From: Opitutia bacterium KCR 482
Lineage (GTDB): Bacteria; Verrucomicrobiota; Verrucomicrobiia; Opitutales; Intestinicryptomonadaceae
Assembly: GCA_029269845.2 (NCBI GenBank)
Contig: CP149973.1
Span: 1,740,001 to 1,772,000, forward strand
DNA: 32,000 nt
Direction: 5' to 3'
Under the pieces are notes generated by a model. That model had not been told where the DNA came from. It saw only the letters and a program-made list of their open reading frames with translations, and searched no databases. Each line of letters begins with the position of its first letter. The stretch's first letter is position 1. A program made the position numbers and the translations under genes. This document shows positions 8,364 through 15,452 of the stretch, one piece after another.

Positions 8364-9485
8364 ATGAAAGTACCACTCTTAGATTTGAAAACACAGTACG
8401 TTCCCCTCCGCGAGGAGACCCGCAAGCTTCTCGACGACATTCTCGACAGCCAGTATTTCATCGGCGGCCCCTATGTATCGAAGTTGGAGGAGCGGATTGC
8501 CGAATATTCGGGCGTTGCGCATGCAATCGGCGTGTCGAGCGGCACGGACGCTTTGATTGCCTCGCTCATGGCGTGCGGCGTCTACCGCTCGCCCCTCGAC
8601 GAATCCCCCGCCGCTGAGGTAATCCTGCCCGCGTACACGTTTTTCGCCACTGCGGGCAGCGTGTGGCGTTGCGGGGCGCGTCCCGTATTCGTGGACATCG
8701 ACCCCGACACATACAATATCGACGCCGACCAAATCGAGGAAAAAATCACCCCGCGCACAAAGGCTATCATGCCCGTCCACCTCTACGGCCAGTGCGCCGA
8801 CATGAAGAAAATTTGCGAAATCGCCCGCAGGCACAACCTCGCCGTGATTGAAGACGGAGCGCAGGCAATCGGCGCGGAGCAGAACGGCGTGAAAGTCGGC
8901 AACTTCGGCGACTGCGCAGGCCTCAGCTTCTTTCCCTCGAAGAATCTCGGCGGGCTTGGCGACGGCGGCATGGTCATTACCAACAACGACGCCCTCGCCG
9001 TCAAAATCCGCGAAATCCGCAACCACGGCATGGAGCCGAAGTACTACCACAAGCACGTCGGCGGCAATTTCAGGCTCGACGCCATTCAGGCTGCGGGCTT
9101 GCTCGTAAAGCTTCCGCACTTGGATTCGTGGGGCGAAATGCGCGCGCGCAACGCCGCGTTCTATAACGAGGCTTTCGCCGACCGTCCCGAAATCAAGACG
9201 CCCGTAATCAGACCCGAAAACAAGTCGATTTACAACCAGTACATAATTTCCGTGCCGAACCGCGACGCCCTGCTTGCGCACCTGCGCTCCATGGACATCG
9301 GCTGCGAAGTGTACTACCCCGTTCCCCTGCACATGCAGGAATGCTTTGCGGCTCTCGGCTACAAAAAGGGCGACTTCCCGAACGCGGAATACGCGGCGGA
9401 GCACACCCTCGCCCTCCCGATATACCCAGAGCTGACGACCGACCAGCTCTCCTACATCGCACGGGGCGTGAAAATGCCCCTCTAA
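8364..9485 (+). CDS. DegT/DnrJ/EryC1/StrS family PLP-dependent sugar aminotransferase
   Basis: The track ORF starts at 8259, but homologue-like N-terminus MKVPLLDLKTQY begins at ATG 8364. The PLP-lysine block SFFPSKNLGGLGDGG and the overall DegT pattern (GVSSGTDAL, HLYGQ, EDGAQAIGA) are present. Confidence 0.85.
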   Translation: MKVPLLDLKTQYVPLREETRKLLDDILDSQYFIGGPYVSKLEERIAEYSGVAHAIGVSSGTDALIASLMACGVYRSPLDESPAAEVILPAYTFFATAGSVWRCGARPVFVDIDPDTYNIDADQIEEKITPRTKAIMPVHLYGQCADMKKICEIARRHNLAVIEDGAQAIGAEQNGVKVGNFGDCAGLSFFPSKNLGGLGDGGMVITNNDALAVKIREIRNHGMEPKYYHKHVGGNFRLDAIQAAGLLVKLPHLDSWGEMRARNAAFYNEAFADRPEIKTPVIRPENKSIYNQYIISVPNRDALLAHLRSMDIGCEVYYPVPLHMQECFAALGYKKGDFPNAEYAAEHTLALPIYPELTTDQLSYIARGVKMPL

Positions 9486-9504
9486 CAGCGTTTCGCGAGT
9501 GTCT

Positions 9505-9642
9505 CAGACTGCTCGCGTACGCAAAGTACGCCACGCACCCTGAGCCACTCGCAAAGCCACTCTTATAGGGGCATTTTGACGCCCCTAAAAAGTGAGCGCA
9601 TGGCGCAAAGATTTTTAGAATGCGCTGGGAGAAAAGTTGAGT
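9505..9642. repeat. Intergenic direct repeat, copy A (~138 bp)
   Basis: Aligns by eye with 9700-9836 at roughly 80% identity. The ends are best conserved: CAGAC(T/C)GCTCGCGTAC..AGTACGCCACGC and AGATTTTTAGAATGCGCTGGGA.AAAAGT.GAGT. Contains hairpins GCGTAC/GTACGC and TAGGGGC/GCCCCTA. Confidence 0.75.
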
Positions 9643-9699
9643 AGGGCGTTTCGCAACGGCGCGTTATAGCACCGTTGATGCGGCGTTTCCCCGCATGCG

Positions 9700-9836
9700 C
9701 AGACCGCTCGCGTACAAAAGTACGCCACGCGCCCTGTGCGTACAGGAAAGCCACCCTTATGAAAGCACTTTGACATGCCTAAAATTACAGCGCACGGCAC
9801 GAAGATTTTTAGAATGCGCTGGGATAAAAGTGGAGT
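9700..9836. repeat. Intergenic direct repeat, copy B (~137 bp)
   Basis: Second copy, offset 194-195 bp from copy A. The GCGTAC/GTACGC hairpin is kept and the central hairpin is degraded. Confidence 0.75.
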
Positions 9837-9877
9837 TGTGGGGTTGGCGAGCTGGCTAATGTTTGTGCTTAGCCCGC

Positions 9878-9940
9878 CATGCGCAGAGGCGTGAAAGCAC
9901 CGGTTTAAGGGGCGTTCATGCCTTTAATTTTAAAAGGCAA
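9878..9940. repeat. Degenerate partial third copy of the 9505/9700 repeat
   Basis: CATGCGCAGA recurs (9694 and 9878). TTAAGGGGCGTTCATGCCTTTAATTTTAAAAGG resembles the CTTATAGGGGCATTTTGACGCCCCTAAAAAG core of copy A. Confidence 0.4.
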
Positions 9941-10047
9941 ACACACTAAGTTTTTTCGTTCTTCCGATGGTCTCAGTTTTAATTGCGTTTGGTGAAGCGC
10001 GGGCAGGGCGGTATTTCTTTATTTTTCCCGCTTTTTCATAAAGCTGT

Positions 10048-10075
10048 TTGACTTTGCTTTGCGAAAAGCTACTAT
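10048..10075 (+). promoter_or_regulatory. Sigma-70-like promoter candidate upstream of kdsB
   Basis: TTGACT (10048-10053), 16 nt, TACTAT (10070-10075), about 25 nt before ATG 10101. Confidence 0.3.
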
Positions 10076-10100
10076 GTTTATTACAAAATAAGACAATATC

Positions 10101-11162
10101 ATGATTAAAGCTCTTTCAACGATTTTCGAGATTGCGTCGTTCGTAGTGCCGTTTTTTGTGGCACTCGTTCTTTTGGCGCGGTCGGGCGATTCGTACAGGG
10201 AATCCTACGAGATTTCCAAGCTCCGTTTTTTGGGGTTCACGCGTTCGCAGTACATTGCGTTTTTCCGCGTGCTCGGAATTCTCTTTCTGTTGCTCGGCGC
10301 GTTTGCCGTTTACAGAAACTATTTCTACGAGCCGAATCCAGAGCTTCAAGAATCCGCCGACTTTTGGAAGGACATCAACAACAGGGAAAATCTGCCCATT
10401 AAAAGCGCGATGCTTTTGGGGGCGGCAATCGCCATTCCCGCCCGTATGGGTTCTTCGCGTTTCCCCGGAAAGCCCCTTGCGCTTTTGGGCGGCAAGGCGG
10501 TAATCGAGCGCGTCTACGAAAGCTGCATGAAGTGCGAACGCGCCGAAAAGGTCGTGATTTTAACCGACAGTGTCGAGATTGTCGAATTTGCCGACAAAAT
10601 CGGCGCGAAGTCCGTCATGACTTCCCCGAAGTGCGCCTCCGGCACTGAGCGCATTGTAGAGGCGTTCGAGGAAATCAACGCCGATTTCGTCGTGAACGTG
10701 CAGGGCGACGAGCCTTTCATTTCTCCCGCGCTTGTCGATTCCATTATAGAAGCCCACGCGAACACCAATGTCGATTTGGTCACGGCGGCGTCGAAAATTT
10801 CGGACGCGCAGACTTTGATTAACCCGAATGTCGTCAAGGTGCTTCGCGGCAACGACGGCTCGGCGGTGTATTTCAGCCGCGCTCCGCTGCCCTACGTCAG
10901 GGGAGAGTCGAATCCCGCCGAATGGCTCGCGCGCTGCGACTATTGGCGGCACATCGGCATATACGGCTACTCGGCAAAGGCTATTGCCCGCTACGCGTCG
11001 CTTCCCGTAAGCAAAATGGAGAAGTGCGAAATGCTCGAACAGCTGCGTTTCATTGCGGCGGGCTTCAAGTTCGAAGTTGTCGAAACGCAGTACGAATCAA
11101 TCGGCATAGACACTCCCGCCGACTTGGTCGCGGCCGAGGAATTTTTGAAGGGAAGAATCTGA
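10101..11162 (+). CDS. kdsB: 3-deoxy-manno-octulosonate cytidylyltransferase (CMP-Kdo synthetase), possibly with N-terminal 2-TM extension
   Basis: KdsB motifs are present: IPARMGSSRFPGKPL, VNVQGDEPFI, RHIGIYGY. The canonical-length protein (~250 aa) would start at in-frame ATG 10410. The 103 codons upstream are open, look coding, and encode two hydrophobic helices. Confidence 0.8.
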   Translation: MIKALSTIFEIASFVVPFFVALVLLARSGDSYRESYEISKLRFLGFTRSQYIAFFRVLGILFLLLGAFAVYRNYFYEPNPELQESADFWKDINNRENLPIKSAMLLGAAIAIPARMGSSRFPGKPLALLGGKAVIERVYESCMKCERAEKVVILTDSVEIVEFADKIGAKSVMTSPKCASGTERIVEAFEEINADFVVNVQGDEPFISPALVDSIIEAHANTNVDLVTAASKISDAQTLINPNVVKVLRGNDGSAVYFSRAPLPYVRGESNPAEWLARCDYWRHIGIYGYSAKAIARYASLPVSKMEKCEMLEQLRFIAAGFKFEVVETQYESIGIDTPADLVAAEEFLKGRI

Positions 11163-11164
11163 AA

Positions 11165-12142
11165 ATGCAAGACTCCGAAATAATATCTTTGGCGCGCGCC
11201 GCCCTCGAATGCGAGGCGAAGTCGATACTCGGCGCGATTGACAAGCTCGACGGCAATTTTGCGCGGGCGGTAAACACGATTCTTGCGCACAAGGGCAAGC
11301 TTCTTGTGTGCGGGGTGGGCAAGTCGGGGCTTGTCGGCGCGAAAATCGCGGCGACGCTTTCAAGCACGGGCACGCCCGCAGTTTTCATGCACGCCTGCGA
11401 TTCCGTCCACGGCGACCTCGGCGTTTACGAACCGGGCGACCCCACGATTCTCATTTCCAACAGCGGCTCTACCGTCGAATGCCTGCGGCTTATCCCGATT
11501 TTAAAGAGCTTCAACTCGAAGATAATCGCCATGGTCGGCAACGTCGATTCCCCCATGGGGCGCGACTGCGACATAGTTTTGGACGTGTCGTCGCACGGAG
11601 AGGCTGACCCCCTCGGCATCGTTCCGACAAACTCGACGACCCTCGCGATGGCGATGGGCGACGCCCTCGCGTGCGCCCTGATGAAGGCACGCGGATTCTC
11701 CAAGGAGGATTTCGCGCGCTTCCACCCCGCGGGACAGCTCGGCAGAAACCTGCTTCTGAAAGTCGGCGACGTCATGCACAAAACGGCGGACTGCGCGGTT
11801 TCGAAAGAGTCGGACTCAATCAGAAGCGCGGTGATTGAAATGACGCGCAAGCCGCTGGGCGCGGCGTGCGTCGTGGGCGCGGACGGCAAAATGTCGGGCT
11901 TGGTGACCGACGGCGACCTCCGAAGAATGCTCCAAACGGCGGTCGATTTGGATTCCGTGAAAGTTGGCGACATCATGACGAAGTCGCCCGTGAGCGTCTC
12001 GCCCGACGCGTCGCTCGGCAAGGCGGTCGAGCTTATGGAGGCGCGGAAGTCGAAGATTTCCGTGCTGCCCGTCGTAGACGAGTCCCGAAACTTTTTGGGG
12101 CTTGTAAGACTCCACGACATCTACCAACCGAGTTCCAGATAA
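11165..12142 (+). CDS. kdsD: Arabinose-5-phosphate isomerase (KdsD/KpsF; SIS + tandem CBS domains)
   Basis: The track ORF (10922) overlaps kdsB. The credible start is ATG 11165, 2 nt after the kdsB TGA. SIS block LLVCGVGKSGLVGAKIAATLSSTGTPA, and C-terminal CBS pair (VMHK.., IMTKSPV..). Confidence 0.85.
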   Translation: MQDSEIISLARAALECEAKSILGAIDKLDGNFARAVNTILAHKGKLLVCGVGKSGLVGAKIAATLSSTGTPAVFMHACDSVHGDLGVYEPGDPTILISNSGSTVECLRLIPILKSFNSKIIAMVGNVDSPMGRDCDIVLDVSSHGEADPLGIVPTNSTTLAMAMGDALACALMKARGFSKEDFARFHPAGQLGRNLLLKVGDVMHKTADCAVSKESDSIRSAVIEMTRKPLGAACVVGADGKMSGLVTDGDLRRMLQTAVDLDSVKVGDIMTKSPVSVSPDASLGKAVELMEARKSKISVLPVVDESRNFLGLVRLHDIYQPSSR

Positions 12143-12145
12143 AAA

Positions 12146-12712
12146 ATGGGTCTTGTAGATACCGCGGTAATGTTTTGCAAGTACGTCGCCTCGCCGCGGC
12201 GCACGGGCACGGTCTGCCCAAGCTCGAAAAGCCTTGCGCGAAGAATGGTCGCCACTGTCGGCAAGCCGCCGTCTGAGTGTTCGGCTGTGGTCGAGCTTGG
12301 CGCGGGCACGGGCGCAATCACAAAATATCTTGTGGAGGCGGGCTACGCCGACCGCTCCAAACTCTTCTGCATAGAGTTCGACGAAAAGCTTTGCGAAATC
12401 TTGAAACAGAAATTTCCCTCCGCGAACATTCTAAACGGCAGCGCGGAAAATATCCGCAAACTCGTCGGGAGCGCGGAAATTTCGGCGATAGTGTCGGGGC
12501 TTCCGCTTGTGAGCCTGCCGCGCGAAGTTGTGCGCAACATAGTTTCGGAGGTCGAGAATTCCCTGCCGTCGGGCGGGAGATTCTCGCAGTTTACGTACAG
12601 CCTGCTCCGTCCGCCCGAAGTTTTGGGGTTTTCGCGAATGCGCCACTTGGGGGCTTCGCTCGTATTGGCGAACATTCCGCCCGCGCGCGTCGATACATTC
12701 GAAAAAATGTGA
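12146..12712 (+). CDS. Class I SAM-dependent methyltransferase (phospholipid N-methyltransferase/COG3963-like)
   Basis: ATG lies 3 nt after the kdsD stop. SAM-binding motif VVELGAGTGAITKYL. The N-terminal ..SPRRTGTVCPSSKSLARRM.. resembles the COG3963 family. Confidence 0.65.
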   Translation: MGLVDTAVMFCKYVASPRRTGTVCPSSKSLARRMVATVGKPPSECSAVVELGAGTGAITKYLVEAGYADRSKLFCIEFDEKLCEILKQKFPSANILNGSAENIRKLVGSAEISAIVSGLPLVSLPREVVRNIVSEVENSLPSGGRFSQFTYSLLRPPEVLGFSRMRHLGASLVLANIPPARVDTFEKM

Positions 12713-12731
12713 GCGGTTCGCGCTTAGAATG

Positions 12732-12759
12732 TTGACACGGGCGTTTTGCCCCCTAACAT
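12732..12759 (+). promoter_or_regulatory. Sigma-70-like promoter candidate for the PpiD-like gene
   Basis: Perfect -35 TTGACA (12732-12737), 16 nt, TAACAT (12754-12759), about 25 nt before ATG 12784. Confidence 0.35.
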
Positions 12760-12783
12760 AAAGACTTTTAAATTTCTATCGGT

Positions 12784-14418
12784 ATGATTACTTGGATTCA
12801 AACAGTTCTTCAAAAACACCATAAATCGGTGTTCGGCGTTTTGCTCGTCGCAATCATCATTGCGTTCGTGTTCACAATCGGCTCGGTGCCGTTCTTCGGC
12901 GACAGATACCGTACGGGCGGGCAAAAGGGCAAGGTATTTTACGGCTTCGACCTCTCGAACGAATCGACGCTGGCGCAGCTCCAAAACAGCGCGTATTTCG
13001 AAATGATTTTCGAGGGCGTACAGCCGCAGTCGGAAGCGCAGTTCACACAGTATGTGCTCCGTCAGGCGTACCTCAGAAACCTCGCCAACGAATTGGGCAT
13101 GACGCGCGTTTCGCAGGCGGATTTGGAGGCGTATATCCAGTCGTCGCCCCTGTTTGCGGGAGCCGACGGAAAGTACGACGCCGCCGCGTTCAAACGCTTT
13201 GTGGACTCGCGCATAGGCGCGGGCAGAATGAGCGAAGCCGCACTTTCGGAAATCGTCTCGCAAAACGCGCTCGTAAACAAGGTCGGCAAACTTTTGGGCG
13301 GCCCCGGCTACATGCCCGCTTTCGAAATCGAGCGCGAGTACAACCAAGTGCACGGCACTTGGGACTTCAACATGGCGGTTCTCTCCTCCGACGAATTGAA
13401 GCTTAAAATCGCCCCCTCCGCCGAAGTTCTCGAAAAATATTTCAAGGACAACATTGAAGCGTACAGAATCGGCGAAGGCGTGGTCGTGGAAACCGCGTTC
13501 TTCCCTTCGAAGGATTTTTCTGCGGACATAAAGCCCACCGAAGCCGAGCTTTCGGCATACTACGCCGCAAACAGGGCGAAGTACGAAACCGCAAAGGACG
13601 GCAAGCCCCACCTGCCCAAACTCTCCGAAATAAGGGAAAGCGTCAAGGCGGACTACGTTATCGACAACGCGCTCCGCGCGGCGGCTCATAAGGCGGAGGA
13701 ATTCGCGCTTAAAATCTACGACGCCGAAGTTAAAAAAGGCTCGGCGGAACTCAAAAAAATCGCCGACGAATTCAATGTCGCGCTCAAAAAGAACGCGGCG
13801 TTCCGCACGACCGATGCAAAACTTCCCGACGGCTTCCCCGTAGAGGTTGCGGCGGCGGCAATGAAGCTCGACGAAACCAAATTCTATTCCGACCCGATTC
13901 CCTCCAACGACGGCGTGCGCGTAGTGTTCCTCTCCGAAAAGCTCGATTCTTTCCTGCCGAAATACGCCGACGTTAAGGACAGGGTTTTAGCGGACTACGT
14001 CGCGGCGGAAAAGGTGAAACTGTTCGCCGAACACGCGAACAACCTCGCAAAGTCGCTCCAAAAGGCGGTTGCCGAAAAGAAGTCTTTTGAAAGCGTTGCC
14101 CGCGCGGGCGGCGCAAAAGTGGAATCGGTAAAAGACTTCTCGCTCGCAAACCCGAAAGGTGACGCTGTCTTGAAGGCTTACGGAGTGATTTCATCGGCGT
14201 TGCCGTCGCTTAAAGTCGGCGCGGTGTCGTCGGTCAAAATGCAGGGCGGCTCGGCATACATTTTCGAACTCGTGAAATTCACGCCCCCCGCAAAGTCTGA
14301 CAAAGCGCAGCTCGACTCTGTTAAAGAGAGAATCGAACGCTCTTTCGGCGCGATAACTTCGACCTCGGTAATCATGGAAAAGATTTCCTCGGGCGAAAAG
14401 GACGTCGCCGAAAAATAA
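12784..14418 (+). CDS. PpiD/SurA-N-like periplasmic chaperone (membrane-anchored, degenerate parvulin region)
   Basis: The N-terminus MITWIQTVLQKHHKSVFGVLLVAIIIAFVFTIG is the typical PpiD-type signal anchor. The rest is a long Ala/Lys/Glu-rich helical chaperone-like body. The family call is by pattern only. Confidence 0.55.
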   Translation: MITWIQTVLQKHHKSVFGVLLVAIIIAFVFTIGSVPFFGDRYRTGGQKGKVFYGFDLSNESTLAQLQNSAYFEMIFEGVQPQSEAQFTQYVLRQAYLRNLANELGMTRVSQADLEAYIQSSPLFAGADGKYDAAAFKRFVDSRIGAGRMSEAALSEIVSQNALVNKVGKLLGGPGYMPAFEIEREYNQVHGTWDFNMAVLSSDELKLKIAPSAEVLEKYFKDNIEAYRIGEGVVVETAFFPSKDFSADIKPTEAELSAYYAANRAKYETAKDGKPHLPKLSEIRESVKADYVIDNALRAAAHKAEEFALKIYDAEVKKGSAELKKIADEFNVALKKNAAFRTTDAKLPDGFPVEVAAAAMKLDETKFYSDPIPSNDGVRVVFLSEKLDSFLPKYADVKDRVLADYVAAEKVKLFAEHANNLAKSLQKAVAEKKSFESVARAGGAKVESVKDFSLANPKGDAVLKAYGVISSALPSLKVGAVSSVKMQGGSAYIFELVKFTPPAKSDKAQLDSVKERIERSFGAITSTSVIMEKISSGEKDVAEK

Positions 14419-14435
14419 AATTTCGACATTCTGGG

Positions 14436-14465
14436 AAAAGGCGGACGCCGTCCGCCTTTTTTTTT
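14436..14465 (+). terminator. Rho-independent terminator after the PpiD-like gene
   Basis: AAAA-GGCGGAC-GCC-GTCCGCC followed by T9 (14457-14465). The flanking A and T runs make it potentially bidirectional. Confidence 0.75.
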
Positions 14466-14683
14466 GCGGCTGTTTCGCGAATCCGTTTGTGCCCGACGGC
14501 GAACACAAGCGGGCTCGCGGTTTTGTTCGCCCCCTGTTTCACTTTATAAAAATTTTTTCGATAAGGGATACTAAAAGGGAAAAAGCGTTTTTTTTTGTAA
14601 AAAATGCTTGTATTAATAATTCTAAGGGTAAAATTTTACGCAGAATGAATGCTCGGATTCCCCGCATTCGAAATCGAAAGGAG

Positions 14684-15079
14684 ATGAAAATGCCTACAAC
14701 AAAAAAATCGGCAACGAAAACCGCAAAGACCAGAGAGCCCGCCAAGAAAGCGGCGGTCAAGAAAGTCGCGGCAAAAACGCGGAAGACCGCTTCCTGCCCG
14801 AAAAAATGCGAAACGAAAGCGAAACTCACAAGGGTAATCGCAAAGTTCGACGCGGGTTGGGGCAACCAGCTTTACATTCGCGGGCTCGGCGGCAGCCTTG
14901 ACTGGCAGAAAGGCGTTCCAATGCAGAGCATCAGCGAAGACGAATGGCTGTGGGAACAGATTGTCCCCAAAGGCACGGTTTCGTTCAAAGTTCTGCTCAA
15001 CGACAAAAATTGGTCGGCCGGAGAAGACCTTGTTGTCGCGGCAGGCGATACTGTTATCTGCCGCCCGACATTCCTGTAG
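14684..15079 (+). CDS. Basic Lys/Ala/Thr-rich tail fused to CBM20-like (starch-binding-like) beta-sandwich domain
   Basis: The track ORF starts at 14489, but the supported start is ATG 14684 (or 14690), right after AAAGGAG (14677-14683). The N-terminal ~45 aa are TKKSATKTAKT..AKKAAVKKVAAKTRK plus SCPKKC. The C-terminal ~85 aa fit a CBM20-like pattern (GNQLYIRG..L.W..G..M....W.W......G..SFKVLLND.NWS.GE). Confidence 0.55.
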   Translation: MKMPTTKKSATKTAKTREPAKKAAVKKVAAKTRKTASCPKKCETKAKLTRVIAKFDAGWGNQLYIRGLGGSLDWQKGVPMQSISEDEWLWEQIVPKGTVSFKVLLNDKNWSAGEDLVVAAGDTVICRPTFL

Positions 15080-15107
15080 CCGAATGCTCGAAAAGGTAAT
15101 TCACGCG

Positions 15108-15136
15108 ACGCGGATTGAAAAATCCGCGTTTTTTTT
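15108..15136 (+). terminator. Rho-independent terminator after the basic/CBM20-like gene
   Basis: 9-bp stem ACGCGGATT / AATCCGCGT, GAAA loop, T8 run. Confidence 0.8.
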
Positions 15137-15232
15137 GCGCCTCTTCTTGTGTTGCAAAAACGGCGGTTGAACGTGGGGCATGCCTGCGCACTCGGAGGAA
15201 GGCGGCCCGCCCCGCTTTCAGTCTTGCGCGTT

Positions 15233-15271
15233 CCCGCTCCGCGCAGTCGCTGCGACGTGCGGCGGAGCGGG
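15233..15271. other. Long GC-rich stem-loop in intergenic region
   Basis: 10-bp arms CCCGCTCCGC (15233-15242) / GCGGAGCGGG (15262-15271) enclose an inner GCAG-TCG-CTGC hairpin. It has no T-run, so it is not an obvious terminator. Confidence 0.5.
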
Positions 15272-15381
15272 TAAAACTCCGCATTTCGGCGCGGCAAGGG
15301 AACTGGAAGATTCATGGTTTTGAAATCCCGCGCGGTTGCGTCGTTGAGAAACGGCGTTAAAATATTTCTCAATTAAATCTA

Positions 15382-15410
15382 TTGACAATTCAAACCGCTA
15401 TCTCAATATT
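15382..15410 (+). promoter_or_regulatory. Sigma-70-like promoter candidate for the PEP-CTERM gene
   Basis: Perfect TTGACA (15382-15387), 17 nt, AATATT (15405-15410). A perfect TATAAT also sits at 15415-15420. The region is AT-rich and lies 35-70 nt upstream of ATG 15453. Confidence 0.4.
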
Positions 15411-15452
15411 GCAATATAATTTTAAATTTCTAACCCAGAAAACAAAAACACC

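Noticed and set aside
9814-9894. 26-codon ORF (MRWDKSGVVGLASWLMFVLSPPCAEA) inside repeat copy B, considered as a type I toxin-like hydrophobic peptide.
   Set aside because: The equivalent frame in copy A (ATG 9620) stops after 6 codons, so the peptide is not conserved between copies. There is no SD.
9505-9940. CRISPR array or integron attC interpretation of the repeats at 9505-9940 and 23980-24272.
   Set aside because: The repeat units (~135-138 bp) are longer than the intervening sequence, there are only 2-3 copies, the copies are ~20% diverged, and there are no cas genes. No integron integrase or cassette-like promoterless ORFs are present, and the flanking genes are core metabolism.
9486-10100. 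Search of all long intergenic regions for tRNA, tmRNA, RNase P, SRP RNA, group II intron domain V, or known riboswitch cores.
   Set aside because: None of the conserved signature strings I know are present: the T-loop GGTTCGAATCC, the RNase P GAGGAAAGTCC, the SRP GGAAGCAG context, or the tmRNA 3' end. A covariance-model scan is still needed to be sure.
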